From: Octopus bimaculoides
Lineage: Eukaryota
Reading direction: 5' to 3'
Length of the DNA: 39,472 nucleotides
Assembly: GCF_001194135.2 (NCBI RefSeq)
Contig: NC_068992.1
Location: forward strand, 29,502,867 to 29,542,338
Position 1 is the stretch's first letter, and the number at the start of each line of letters is the position of its first letter. Positions 23,583-36,664 of the stretch are shown here, in pieces. The position numbers and the translations under genes were made by a program. The notes under the pieces were generated by a model. It was not told the DNA's origin, searched no databases, and saw nothing but the letters and a program-made list of their open reading frames with translations.

Positions 23583-24896
23583 AAGAGAAACTATGATTGA
23601 ACAAAGAGAAAAGTAAATAAAATTACATCAAAACATGTTATGTTTTGACGACTAATGTTCTTCATTTTGACAAATTAATTCGGTCTATTTTGACGGGTTG
23701 GCATCTCCAGTTTGATAATGCTTGATTTATGCAGTGTTTATTTGATTTGTACGGTGTTATATTTGAATAGAATGTTGGTAAATAGTTTCCAAAAAATCAA
23801 CGCCTAATGTATCATGCTTTGTGTCATGAAACTCAGATTTAAAGAATAGCTGAGCCAGCCAATGGTTTTTCGTATTTCTTTTGCGACTCTCTTCTGAAGC
23901 AAAATGATTAATATTCTGTGAACTTCCATTATATCTGTATTTAGGAGTGACAAATGATGGTGTTCTTAATCGACTTTTGATTCGACTATGTTGAACTTTT
24001 GCTTACGCATTTATTTTCTTTCTATTTCCGTTGTGGCCTGGTTAAGTTTTCAGAGTAGAATCACTCATATCTTTTGGCAGGTTGAGCTCTAAGTTAACAC
24101 AATAGTGATCAATATTGGAAAAGCCGTTAATGATATGTCCTATCATCTGTTAATAGCTGCTGGTGTGATGGTATAAAACATTATCACTTCTGATATCATC
24201 TAAAACTAATGCCATATGACCTTCCTGTCAGTAATCAGTTATACTTAGCTGATGGAAGAGGATTGATTGGCCACAGGCTTAAATAGCATTAGGTATGGTG
24301 ATTAGGTTAAATAACTTCTCTTAAGAGCTGATGGTGGGGCGGAAGCAATAATGTACGATTGTTAAGAGGTTAACTATTGTAGGTGATTAATTCGATATTA
24401 ACTCTTTAAGGGTATTTGCTATTCAATCTGGAATTAATAAAGTGAAGCTCTAAACAAATAGTTTAATAAATAGTACATTTACATTTTCCATTACAAATCA
24501 ACCAGAAAGGATGTAACTGGCCAATATGATTACCTTTGAGGCCAGTATGCATTAATACTAAAGAAATTCTTATTCACACGTAACATAGAAAACAAACTAA
24601 TATCTATTTGTTGCGTATCTACTTAGTCAATTATATTTTAGAAACTGTTCATATCAGTATCCATACGTTCAGTATTTTAATTAAACTTCTATCGCTATCA
24701 CAGTAACGTATTTGATTATTAATTGGAAATGAACATGAATTGATATAACCGTAAACGTGACAAAATTATAAATTTTGTAGCATCGGCTAATTCTTTCAGC
24801 TGTTTTGATTCTTTCTTCGACTAAATTAAATCAAATTTATAGCATACTTTATAAACAGATATCTTCATTACTTCTTACCGCAAAAACATCATACTA

Positions 24897-26037
24897 TTAG
24901 GTTGTTCCGAAAATAATCGCCGATTTCAGAAACATAATTTTATCCTGGAAAAAATAACAATAGAAATGTTTTGATTAGTCAAAGATTGAGCTGTAAACAT
25001 CTATGAATCTCTGCCATCGATCAACGAGATTGTTTATGCCACGTTGATAAAAACTTATTGGCTTTGATGCTAAAAAATCTTTGAAAGCTGATTCTACCTT
25101 TTGTTTGGACCTGGACATTTTATCACTTAAAAACGTGTCTAAATGTTTTAAAAATGGTAGACGGTGGGTGAAAGATCCGGAGAATCTGGAGGATGTGGTA
25201 AAGTCTCGTATCCCACGTCTGTGAGTTTCTGCAGCGTCATTCTTGCAACATGTGACTTTGCATTTTCGTGGAGCAGAATTAGGCCAAGTCAAATCACTAA
25301 TGTAGGTCTCATTTTTTGAAAGTGAGTAAGCATTTCAGCGAGTTGATTGCAGTAAACCTCCGCTGTAGTGCTCTGATTGGCTTCCAGAAAGCTGTAATGG
25401 ACAACAGCAATTACAGACCACCAGACAGTCTCCATAATCTTTTGCTGATGCAACTTTAGCATTGGGAAATGTTTGGGGGACTCGACACGATCAAGCCATT
25501 GACCTGATCGTTTGCGTGTGTCATAAAGAATCCACTTTCCGTCACAAGTGACTATTCGGTCAAGAAAAGGATTATTGGTGTTTCGCAGAAAGAGCATCGA
25601 ACACACTTCAAAACTCCGAACTGTTTGATTTTCATTCAGCTCATGCGGTACCCATATATCGAGCTTTTGCACCTTAGCAATCTTCTGCAGATTGCGTGAG
25701 ACCGTTGCAATACCGGCACCAAGTGCGTGAGACATTTCTCTGAAACCACCTTAGTACTGTGCAATCACTGGTGGACCCCTCTCCTCAGGCTTGGGAGGCA
25801 TTGTGCCCAAACTTGTACTGATGCAAGAAAAGTGAGTGAAGGTCTCTTTTTGTTATGTTCATAATTAAGGGCGCTTATGCTTCAGGAATGTTTTCTGTTT
25901 GAAATAAGTAGAATATTATTAAAGTGCATACATCAATTATTAAGTATGTCGAAATTCACCTCAAGTATGATTAAATACTATAAAATTTCGTTTCAAAACA
26001 CAAACTTAGAGAGGCCATTATTTTCGGAACAGCCTAA
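24897..26037 (-). mobile_element. mariner DNA transposon, TIR-complete, non-autonomous
   Basis: TIRs ttaggttgttccgaaaataatcgcc and ggccattattttcggaacagcctaa (23/25). TA duplicated at 24895-24896 and 26038-26039. Transposase remnants inside. Confidence 0.95.
24975..25862 (-). pseudogene. mariner D,D34D transposase pseudogene
   Basis: MNITKRDLHSLFL..., TVLRWFQR, IWVPHEL, IVTCDGKWILYD, LLHENAKSH, PHPPDSPDLSPTVYH and FYQRGI..LVDRWQ. Stops, frameshifts and deletions; second and third catalytic Asp read as E and V, with the 34-residue spacing kept. Confidence 0.93.
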
Positions 26038-26490
26038 TATTTCATCAGTATCTTGTATTGTTTTGTTTGTTGATGTTCTAAATAAGGAAGTTGTGGTTGT
26101 TGTTGTTTAGGTCAAAATAGATTATTCCTATGGCCAAATGTATGCAAACCACTCCCACCCAGTCATTTTCATCAGCAATAATATACTCCGGAACATATTA
26201 GTTAAACTATCCTCTTTAAAACCGTAGAATATGGTTGGAGATACCTAAAGAGAGTGACTCAGTTATCTAATTTAGTTATAGTTGCAAAACCAGCAAAGTG
26301 CAATCGTTCATTCATCAGGCCTTTGCCTCGCAGACTGCGTTGCCTCTTGATCAAATGATATATATACAAGTTTGTAGGAATCTCCTAGTACTAAACTTTC
26401 CAATAACTATGACCCTCTAATTAGTACTACGGTATATCAAATCACCACACACTGTTTGTGTTGCCTAGGCTATATACAACAAAACTCTTT

Positions 26491-26600
<110 letters not shown>

Positions 26601-29600
26601 TTTTGTTGCATGTAACTTGTCACCTCCTCATGTACACAGGGTTGCAATATGAGAAAGTAGCAACGATTGTTCCTGTTAAGTGATTTGTCTGATATTTTTA
26701 GCATTATTTTCATTATAAGCAACCGAAACCGTCAAGGGATGATTCATGCTTTAACCAAACAGTGTAATCTCTTCCATAGCGTTATCTCTAACAACATTGG
26801 TACGGAAATATTTGCAAATGTCTTCTGTTCCAATAATAATCGTCATCTTTAACCAGTTGCCTATTTTGAAATGGACACAAATCTTACTTGCAACCACTAA
26901 GACGTTACTGGAATCTGCTTAATTAATTCTTCATCACAGTGACTAAATATAGAGTTAGTGATTTATCCAGAAGTCAGTAAACAGGATTGCATCATCACAA
27001 TATTGCATCACGATGTTGTATCGGTTGCATCACGATGATTTAATCGCATATATTTTGGATCAATAATTCCTTGACAATCTAGTTTTATCCACGTTTTGCA
27101 TTCTGGTAAGTCTGGTGCATTTCAAGGCCCGAGTACACTGTATAGATATATATATACATTTAAGACCAACTTCAGACTACATACTGTATGATTAGGATAA
27201 CTAACTTCATTACGACTTAACCTTTTTAACAACGTAGTCATTTACGTGCAACCTAAAAACCTCACGCATGTCTTTACTCTCAAGTGGGAAATGACAACTA
27301 AGTGCAGCTTCAAATATCATTGCACACAGTTTTCGTCTGTCTGCTCTGCTCCTTCTACTAACAGATAATGCGCATAAAACTTGCAACATATGTTTACTCT
27401 TATATAACAAATGCTATTACATACTAACTGTGCATGGATGACGTTGTCAGAAATGTATCTCAAAGATTGGGTTTCTCACTCAAGACTATATTTATTTCCC
27501 GATAAATTGACAATGCCTCACATAGCTGAAATGTGAGCCATATGAACTTACTACTTACATGTCTGTGAGGCTACTGTGGACAGCTTTAAAAAGCCTGTTG
27601 GAAACAAATCAGTCATGAATAAATTAGATTTTTCATGCATGTGTAAACTAGTTCGAAGATCTTTGAGATATCATGTGTGCATTAGGTTTGATACACTTGT
27701 CACAATCGTGTTTGGTTTCATTGAGTGTCCACGATTGACCTGTTGGGAATGTGTAACCAACGGTGGTACTGTCACAAAATGTAAAAGAAGGTAAATATCT
27801 TGAAATAAGTATAGAATCACATTGAAGAAGCTGCTTAATGGTCATTTGATATGCTACAAAATAACAACCAAATTTTCATTCAATCCTCTCTACTACATGA
27901 AAAATAGGATACATGAGGTAATGTAATCTCAAATGAACTGTCAGATTAAAAGATGGAATGGGTACTATTGCAATGCTTTTGAGCGGATGTTTTACTCAGT
28001 CTGAGCTGCAATCAGCAAAAGAAAAAAAAAGTATTACACAAGAAGCTGATAATTTATTTCGTTAATTTATTTACTTAATAAATGGGGAATTTGAATAACA
28101 TTTTTTTATATGACAAGCGTATAGTATGAATAAATGAACGAGAGCTAATCATTCAAATACTGAAATATAATTTTATAGTTAGTGTAATTGTAATTGGTTA
28201 ATTGACAGCAAGATGCATTTCTTGATTAGAATATATAACACTTGACATGTTTTTCAGATGAGTATTTTTAAAACATCTGAATGACTGAGAGTAGAAATTT
28301 CTCATAAATTCTTGAAATATTGATTACATTTTAATGAAGGTTCTTAATTCTAGCCGAGGAAGAATTTGCTGGTAAATCGAAATGGAATCTTGTTTCCTTA
28401 TATGTCAGTGGTGTACATGATGTGAAATAGTTTCAACTAGAAAACAATTCATTCGTGATAAGTTGGTTGCTTATATTATAATCTACGGGATGCCACATAA
28501 CTCACAAAATATTACGTTTTCTCATTCTTGGTTAAAATTATTATTTAATAATTCCGCAAGAAACTCTCGTGCTTATGTGTAATAAGATTGGAAAATATCA
28601 TAACGTGCTTCACTGATGCTGTAACCAATCATTGGGACAAAGCATTTCTAACCATTCCAATATCAACCACACATCAGGCTGATATTTTAATATCCTGAAT
28701 AACTAAAGAATATTGTTCGAGTGAAAACACTTCAACGAATTGCTGTATTTATTTGATCCAGTTATTGGAATATATTTAATAAAATCTGATATGATGTAAG
28801 CGAAAATCATCCTTTAATACCTAATCCCATAAACGATCAAGATGGTGGAGAATCACAAACTATTTCCTCCAGTAGTAGTAGATAGAATAGCTTACAGCAT
28901 AAATACATAACAGCATGTGAGGCTTACAAGACACTCATTGATTATACAGTATTTCCGCCTCTCACACGGTTGATCTTTGAAAATCCAGCAAGGTAAACCA
29001 AATCAACGAGAGTTAAATGTCTTATCCATAGTGAGGTGGCTATATATTGATATGCTATAGATTCAACCAGCTGTATCTATTTCAGATGGTATCTTTATGT
29101 AACATAAATTATCAGATTTGCTCATGCACTACACATTCAATTTCACTAGAGGCAACAAGCTCATCCAACCATGTTTGTCATAATTATATCGCACGGTAGC
29201 AATATGTAGTTGTGGTATATTGATAATTGATAAGATTATATGTTGCTGTAGTGAGATGTAGTATTCATTTTACTCACTGGTGAAATAAATGAAGCTAAAC
29301 ATCTTAAATTTGAAATTTCCTGCTTGTTTGTTCGTAATTGTAGGTATCTATTTAAGGCGAATAGTCCATGTGGCTTTGATGCCTTTCTGCACATTGCTTA
29401 CATAATTAAATTGAAACGGCTGCAATAAAGTATTGAATGATAATTGCTGACTCATATCCTCGATCGATTGTGACGATACTGAATTCATTTTCAACTGAGA
29501 AAATTTAAAATATTTTTGTAAGCGAGGAGGTTCAACAGGAAATATGAATTCGCTTAATGGAGCGCTCCTTTCTATTGACTGTTTTGAAACAAGGGTTATA

Positions 29601-30489
29601 ATTTTAGATTGGACATTTGATGTTTTGTTGTTCATGCAATTCTGAAATGGCATTATCAATATGATTTAAAGGTAATTGCTTCAGAGTGAAAACGCCTTCA
29701 GGAAGGTTACTCTTTCTAATATGGTACTAACAACTATACAACTGATATCTTATTCTTACATTTATTCTTACATTTAATTAAACAGTTCATCAAATTAGAA
29801 ATTTTCTATCATTTAAGACTATATTTCAATTTGATTTCTAATTATTTATCTTCTCGCTTGCTAATTAAAACCAAATTTACAAACGAAATTAATTCCATGT
29901 AAGTACATTATATTTATATTGTTGTTGATATATTTGCCCCATGGCAGCAAGCAATAACACATAACCTGCGCAATCTAGTACTAAGATCACTTCAGTTGTT
30001 TGTATATCATAATTATGAAAATCAAATGTGTATATAGTCTCCTGTGTATAACGTAGGATAATCAGGTGGTTGCCAAAGCATCCACCTGATTGAGTGTTCA
30101 ATGTTACAGTCAGGTATGGGTGCAGTTAGACAAAGAGTCGTGAAAGAGTTGTACCAAAATGAATTATATTACGTTTATATGTAGAATTTTCTTCTGAAGT
30201 AGCAATGAGAGAAATTCAATTTCAGTATTCTGCAGTATATGAGTATATATGCTTGTTCATAGTTGATAACAGAACCCAGACGCCTAAGAGATCGGGATGG
30301 TGTTTTTCTGGCCTTACTAGGAAATATAAAATTCATATATAGCATTTGGCAATTCTGAATAACAATCAAGAAGCACGGATCTTTCCTCACATATTTGAAG
30401 AAATACCTCTTCCAGTTACAAACAGAAGAGTATTCTACGTATACCAGAATCAAAAGCTTCTGACACACTATAAGTAACAACTTCTAATT

Positions 30490-30710
30490 ACTTGAACCTT
30501 AAGCGATAACTTAACTGGTTAGAAATAGTTATCAAATTATCCAATTGTCCTCAAATTACAACCTACTATCTTAAAAATTGAGGAGGAGAAATCGATATAG
30601 TAGTGTTAGATAGGCAATACGTGAGAAAAAGACAAGATGATCATGTGTGTAAGCTTTTGATGATATAGGTCTTCTCAACTGGGACTGATCTGATACTAAA
30701 CAAGGTGACA
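30490..30710 (-). repeat. Decayed interspersed repeat; a possible second copy at about 26100-26290 (+)
   Basis: Resembles my recollection of a common Octopus repeat (agacctat.atcaaa...tttaagatagtagg.tgt.atttgagg). Similarity between the two copies is weak. Confidence 0.35.
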
Positions 30711-32526
30711 AAATTACAGCATTAAGTTTTCTTAAGCGGCCACACTGTAACAACAACTAAACAACACCATAAAGAAATAGTTCCATCTGCAGAAATGGTG
30801 GACGTCCCACGTGTTGCTAAACAACACTTGGCAACACTATCTAATTGTGACATTAATATCAGTATGAAGGTGTCGTACTCATCCAATAACCAACAAATGA
30901 CAGTGAGAGGAAAACATAAACGAATTTTGTTGCCATAGAGAAACTTGGACTCGAGTCTCTTATCAATCGACTTGAAGAGCTGTAAAAGAACGAAGAAAAT
31001 CAGCAAGAAAGAGGTTTTACAGCCGAGTAAGTAAATAAATATATGCAGTAAGGATTTATTTTTACTTTCCACTATCAAATTCATATTTACATACAAATAT
31101 AGATACGCACATACGTATATAAATTGACATTAAGTGGTTATTATAATGTAATCAATAGTAGGTTTTATTGTTTTATGCTGTGAATTGTGTGTTACATACA
31201 GAGATAACGCTGTATATATTTATGTATGTATGTATGTATGTATGTATGTGTGTGTGTGTATGTGTGTGTAACAGTTACACCCGATTCATCGAACAAAACG
31301 ATAAAAAATATTGATCATATAATAACTACTTAACGACAAATGTTATTTTATTGTTATTGAACAAGAGGAAAAATATGCTTCTAGAATGTTATCGTATTGT
31401 CTGATGTAAATTTAAATATAATAGCACAAATAGTAAGATGTTTCCTGTGTATGAATATAACGTAATAACTATAAAACTATATTTTTTGTATGTAAGTTGA
31501 TAAGAGGTGAATGAAAACACATTCGAGAAATGCGATGTTTACTTATGTAGATTTTATATAATCTTCTTGAAAGACAATGGTACAATATATTATATATGTG
31601 AGATTCTACTGTAATGGCATAATAGATCGGCAGTAGAAACAAAATTGGTATGGAAAGTAATGTACATTATAAAGATGGAACAGTAAGACAAAAGAGAAAA
31701 TAATAAAACCAACAGCTGTGAAGAAATATGATTACCATATACCTCTGAATCACTTGTAAAGATATTTCTATAAATATTATTGGCAAAGAGAACGAAATAT
31801 ATCATGGTATCCGTTGGTGGTGATAATTAGATGACCCATGTCTGTTTACAGAAATTTATTCAATTTATAGGTTGCTGGTGTTTCATTAGCTAATTTTATT
31901 TCTGAAGTGGCTTGGTAATCATTGTTTTACAGACCGGAAAATATACATGCGGTAGAATTCGATCGCACGGACTATCGTGTGAAGAATCTGAGACAAGAAT
32001 TGATACGAAAGCAGTTGATATAATTACGTGTGATAATTTCCTTTACTAGTTCTGTATGGAAGAAGGGGAAATGCTCGTAATCTACGTCAAGTTACGTAGA
32101 CAAACGAAATTTATAACGTTAATGTTCCACTAGAATATTCCCAAGCGAAAACCTGCACGAAAGGATGGAATTCCACAGAGTCAAGGATTCTGAGAGAAAC
32201 GACAGGGCGCAGTTATCAGTGTGTGATTTTGTGGAAATGAAAGCAATGACGGTGATGGAAAGAAGGAAAATGAGTAAGTCAGGAATTCATGAGTGGAAGT
32301 GTCATGAGTTCAGCGCCCTCATATAAGCCGATACTATCATAGCTGTTGGGAGAGATCCGAGAGTTCCTATAAATCTTTAAGTGGTTGCATACTAAATACT
32401 TGGGTATCTTTTCTACATGATAGATTGGTATGTGAAACCTTTCATGAAGTCTAAATATTAAAAGGAAAATATTAGCTTAGCTGTTTGGTGAGTGCAATAT
32501 CACGGATGTCAACTGGAATTTGCTCA

Positions 32527-32559
<33 letters not shown>

Positions 32560-32843
32560 CAGAGAGGATCTCGTGAACCTCTTTAACCAGTGTCTGCTCG
32601 AAAGCTGAGGTCATGTTGGGGCACTACCCTTGGCTTTGCTACACCATTATTTGAAACCCCTTCTGATATGTGGTATTTGGTGAATGATGTTGCTGCCCAC
32701 ATATATGTTTCCTGCTGCGAAATAGGCTGTTTCTTGACAGGAGGAGATCTAGTTTTGTTTTGAAGACACATCTACACGATGCAGGTCTCTCAGGCATTGT
32801 GGAATGATATTGCAGAGTTGTGGGCAGTGGAAGCCCAAGCTCT

Positions 32844-32940
32844 GGCACCTTTGACAAGAGCCTTCTATTATAATCTCATTTCGATCAAAGCCTCGTGAGC
32901 TGATCTGGTAGGCGGAAGCTGAAAGGAGCCTGTCGTATAT
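32844..32940 (+). mobile_element. SINE family B body fragment
   Basis: ggcacctttgacaag...aaagcctcgtgag...ggcggaagctgaaaggagcctgtcgtat; homologous to the reverse complement of 7758-7815. Confidence 0.7.
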
Positions 32941-33585
32941 ATATACATACATACATATATATATANNNNNNNNNNNNNNNNNNNNNNNNNNNNNNNNNNN
33001 NNNNNNNNNNNNNNNNNNNNNNNNNNNNNNNNNNNNNNNNNNNNNNNNNNNNNNNNNNNNNNNNNNNNNNNNNNNNNNNNNNNNNNNNNNNNNNNNNNNN
33101 NNNNNNNNNNNNNNNNNNNNNNNNNNNNNNNNNNNNNNNNNNNNNNNNNNNNNNNNNNNNNNNNNNNNNNNNNNNNNNNNNNNNNNNNNNNNNNNNNNNN
33201 NNNNNNNNNNNNNNNNNNNNNNNNNNNNNNNNNNNNNNNNNNNNNNNNNNNNNNNNNNNNNNNNNNNNNNNNNNNNNNNNNNNNNNNNNNNNNNNNNNNN
33301 NNNNNNNNNNNNNNNNNNNNNNNNNNNNNNNNNNNNNNNNNNNNNNNNNNNNNNNNNNNNNNNNNNNNNNNNNNNNNNNNNNNNNNNNNNNNNNNNNNNN
33401 NNNNNNNNNNNNNNNNNNNNNNNNNNNNNNNNNNNNNNNNNNNNNNNNNNNNNNNNNNNNNNNNNNNNNNNNNNNNNNNNNNNNNNNNNNNNNNNNNNNN
33501 NNNNNNNNNNNNNNNNNNNNNNNNNNNNNNNNNNNNNNNNNNNNNNNNNNNNNNNNNNNNNNNNNNNNNNNNNNNNNNNNNNNNN

Positions 33586-33648
33586 TATATATATATATAT
33601 ATATACACGTACGTACGTACCTACCTACCTACCTACCTACCTACCTAC

Positions 33649-33716
<68 letters not shown>

Positions 33717-33717
33717 A
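33586..33717. repeat. Compound microsatellite (TA)n-(ACGT)n-(ACCT)n-(ATCT)n
   Basis: Direct reading. Confidence 0.95.
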
Positions 33718-34194
33718 GAGAGACTTATTAAAATAACAATAACCAACATATGCTTCTGCTGCAGCAACTACACATTGTTTTTTATATGTAATTATGCATC
33801 CTAGTCGATGTAGTTTAATCAAGAGTCCATCACCTACGACATATTTCAAGTGAACTTATTCAAACAACCTCCCTGCGTTGGTATTCAGTCAAAGGTGACA
33901 GCGTTACTTTTTGAATCGAATAGAATTCTGGTCTTATAATCACCTCTACTCGAATTACAGCCAAATCATAGGCTTAAAATCTTTATTTATATTACAATTA
34001 ATTTGAGCGGTTTTGTTTAAATGTTACTGAATGGAGTACATTATTTCACTTATTTTGGGTTTATACCCTCAATTAATATCATTGTTATTGTTATTATAAT
34101 TATATTTATTTACTACTATTTTAATAAATATCATTAATTATCACAATCATTATTTTAACAAGCATAATTACTATAGATGGTAAGTAATGTTTCT

Positions 34195-35118
34195 TTAAAT
34201 CGTTTAAACGGATATTTGATCCAGTGTGGACATCTCATAGCTTGTTCCTGTCTAGTGTTTATAAAAAAATTTGGTACATTTCTTCCACACAAAAGCCTCA
34301 TCTGTTATTGCCTATTTATTGTATAAGGTTTTGCTTTACTAATTATTTCCCAAACAATCGAAAATACTTTATTACTATCTTTTAGTGCCCAAATTAGCTT
34401 CCTAAGGCTGGTAGTATCCATTTTGTCCCTATTTTTAAACGAACTTAAGTGATTGGCAATTCTATACTTGATATAACATTTGTTAGCTCCTATATAGACA
34501 TACTCTCTATTCTCTGAAGTAATCTTGCAATTATTTTATGCCTACAATTAGAGTTAAACGGACGGACCCTGTTCTTTGCACAATCGCATTTAATAATTCT
34601 ACTACTTCTATTACTATTATCCACTTCACCTACTCTAGATGGGATTTCTCTATCGCTCTATCTTCTAAGATATTAGCCCTTTCAACAAAGACAACATTTT
34701 GAGTAATTTGCTTTTCAGGATTCACGTCCAGATTAATTATGACGTTCCCTCTGGTCTCTTCAATTTCATTTGTTGTCAAACTATAGTCCCTATCCTGATC
34801 CCTAGTTTTGTTACGATCATGCTGACGTTGTCTCTATTTCTTGATCTATGATTAGAATTCTGATTACTATTATTGCTATTTTTCGTATGGAAACTGTTAA
34901 ATTTACTGACGTTATGTGCTGCTATAGTTTGTGCTTTACTTTTGCTATTACAGCAACCTAATCTAACCCTATTTTTATTAAAAATTCTATAGTATTTACC
35001 ATCTTTTGGAGAACGTTTAGGCAATGCCGAATAAAATAATTTTGGTAAATTGGAAATTATGTTTTCCGAAGGGAATTACCCACCATTCGATATAGCCAGA
35101 GGCATCCATATTACTAAG
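34195..35118 (-). mobile_element. Penelope-like element: C-terminal region with GIY-YIG endonuclease, decayed
   Basis: The minus strand gives PK..KYYRIFNKNRVRLG...IAAHN, KCDC, YVYIG...KYRIANHLSSFKN...TSLRKLIWALK...IVWEIISKAKPY. Confidence 0.85.
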
Positions 35119-35150
35119 GTATGTATTTCTCTCTCCTACTCTTTCTCTCA

Positions 35151-35230
<80 letters not shown>

Positions 35231-35467
35231 NNNNNNNNNNNNNNNNNNNNNNNNNNNNNNNNNNNNNNNNNNNNNNNNNNNNNNNNNNNNNNNNNNNNNN
35301 NNNNNNNNNNNNNNNNNNNNNNNNNNNNNNNNNNNNNNNNNNNNNNNNNNNNNNNNNNNNNNNNNNNNNNNNNNNNNNNNNNNNNNNNNNNNNNNNNNNN
35401 NNNNNNNNNNNNNNNNNNNNNNNNNNNNNNNNNNNNNNNNNNNNNNNNNNNNNNNNNNNNNNNNNNN

Positions 35468-35512
<45 letters not shown>

Positions 35513-35849
35513 GCAATTAATGCGAAAACTAATTTCTATGTGTTAGTGTGTAACATTTTGCCACCTCTCTCACTATTCAATGACACTTCTACTATTCCTC
35601 GTGCTGGGGTGAGCGTAATAGTACGCGTAAAGACGGTGAAGGCGGTGGCGAAGACAGAGAAAGCGAGAGAGAGAAAAATAAAAAGAAAGGGAGAGATAGT
35701 GATACAAAGAAATTTAGTGAGAGCTGATGATGTTTTATTGAAAGTAGTAGTGGAAGTGGGAGTAATAATAAAAGAGAGAGAGAGAAAGGGTGGGTATGTG
35801 AGAGAAAGAGGGACTGAACACTGAACCTGTATTCTGAACTAACATACTG

Positions 35850-36095
35850 AACAATGATGGTAATGGGTGATAGTTATAGTATGAGCTGCAGTTGTGATAG
35901 AGGTGGAGCCGGCGGTGATTATGTTCATGATAGTGGCGGTGGTAACTGTGGCGGTCAGGTGAGAGTAAGCGATGTGAAAGACAGTGGTGATGGTGTTGGA
36001 GTGGAAGGCGGCGTAATCAAAGATATTACTGGTGGTGCTGTCAGAAGTTTGAATCGTGTATATGGCAGATGTGGTGGCGATGGTGGTGGTACTAT
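35850..36095. repeat. Degenerate GGT/GAT-rich low-complexity tract
   Basis: Recurrent ggtgatggtg/ggcggtg; explains ORFs 35839..36117 and 35854..36120. Confidence 0.7.
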
Positions 36096-36244
36096 TGTTT
36101 ATCATGCAGCTGTGCAATAAGTTCCAAGTCGATAAATTATATCGTTTTGATGAAAATTGTTCATTGCTCGAATGATATTGTTCAAGTTTTAATGAAATTT
36201 AATATGTACTCAATTCACGAGGTGTCATTTTTGGTCCCAAGCCT

Positions 36245-36312
36245 TTATGTTTTTTGATCTATTATGTTTTTTGATTTATTATGTTTTTTTGATTTATTAT
36301 GTTTTTTATTTA
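36245..36312. repeat. Minisatellite, 4 x about 17 bp (ttatgttttttgattta)
   Basis: Units of 17, 17, 18 and 16 bp. Confidence 0.85.
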
Positions 36313-36396
36313 TTATTAGTGTTGCTTAATGTCTTGCTAAAATTACTGTTTCTTTTTAGATATGATCAGAAAAAAAGGTAATTAAAATTCATTAAA

Positions 36397-36660
36397 ATGA
36401 CTGATCTATTGGACGTTCAGAGAGGTCAAATTGTTGATGCTCGTATGGCAGACCCTAACATAACGAAAACAGTCGACCTGTTTGGTGTAATCAAGAAGTA
36501 CTGTCTCGAAAGTAATGACAGCCTTTGAGGGAAAAAACCTCCACATCAAACAAAATTCTGGGAGAAAACCAAAACATTCAGATAGGAACCGTCGGACCTT
36601 TACGCGATTCGGTAGAAAAGATCACAAAAGTACAGCTCCCAAAAATATACTGCAGAGCTT
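36397..36660 (+). mobile_element. Tc1-like transposase N-terminal (paired-type HTH) fragment
   Basis: With frameshifts: MTDLLDVQRGQIVDARMA...TKTVDLFGV.SRSTVSKVMTAFE...QNSGRKPK.SDRNRRT.TR..RKDHKSTAPK.TAEL. No catalytic domain follows. Confidence 0.85.
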
Positions 36661-36664
36661 GGAT

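Noticed and set aside
27576-27794. ORF ending LTCWECVTNGG..KC with a possible donor, reminiscent of Ly6/three-finger N-termini
   Set aside because: Only a CxxC-level match; no good acceptor or signal peptide, and no following exon found.
30320-30480. Minus frame YSVSEA...LEEVFLQI resembling an ABCA transporter motif or an SMPDL3 C-terminus
   Set aside because: Interrupted by a stop, the spacing is wrong for ABCA, and it is out of order relative to the phosphoesterase-like segment.
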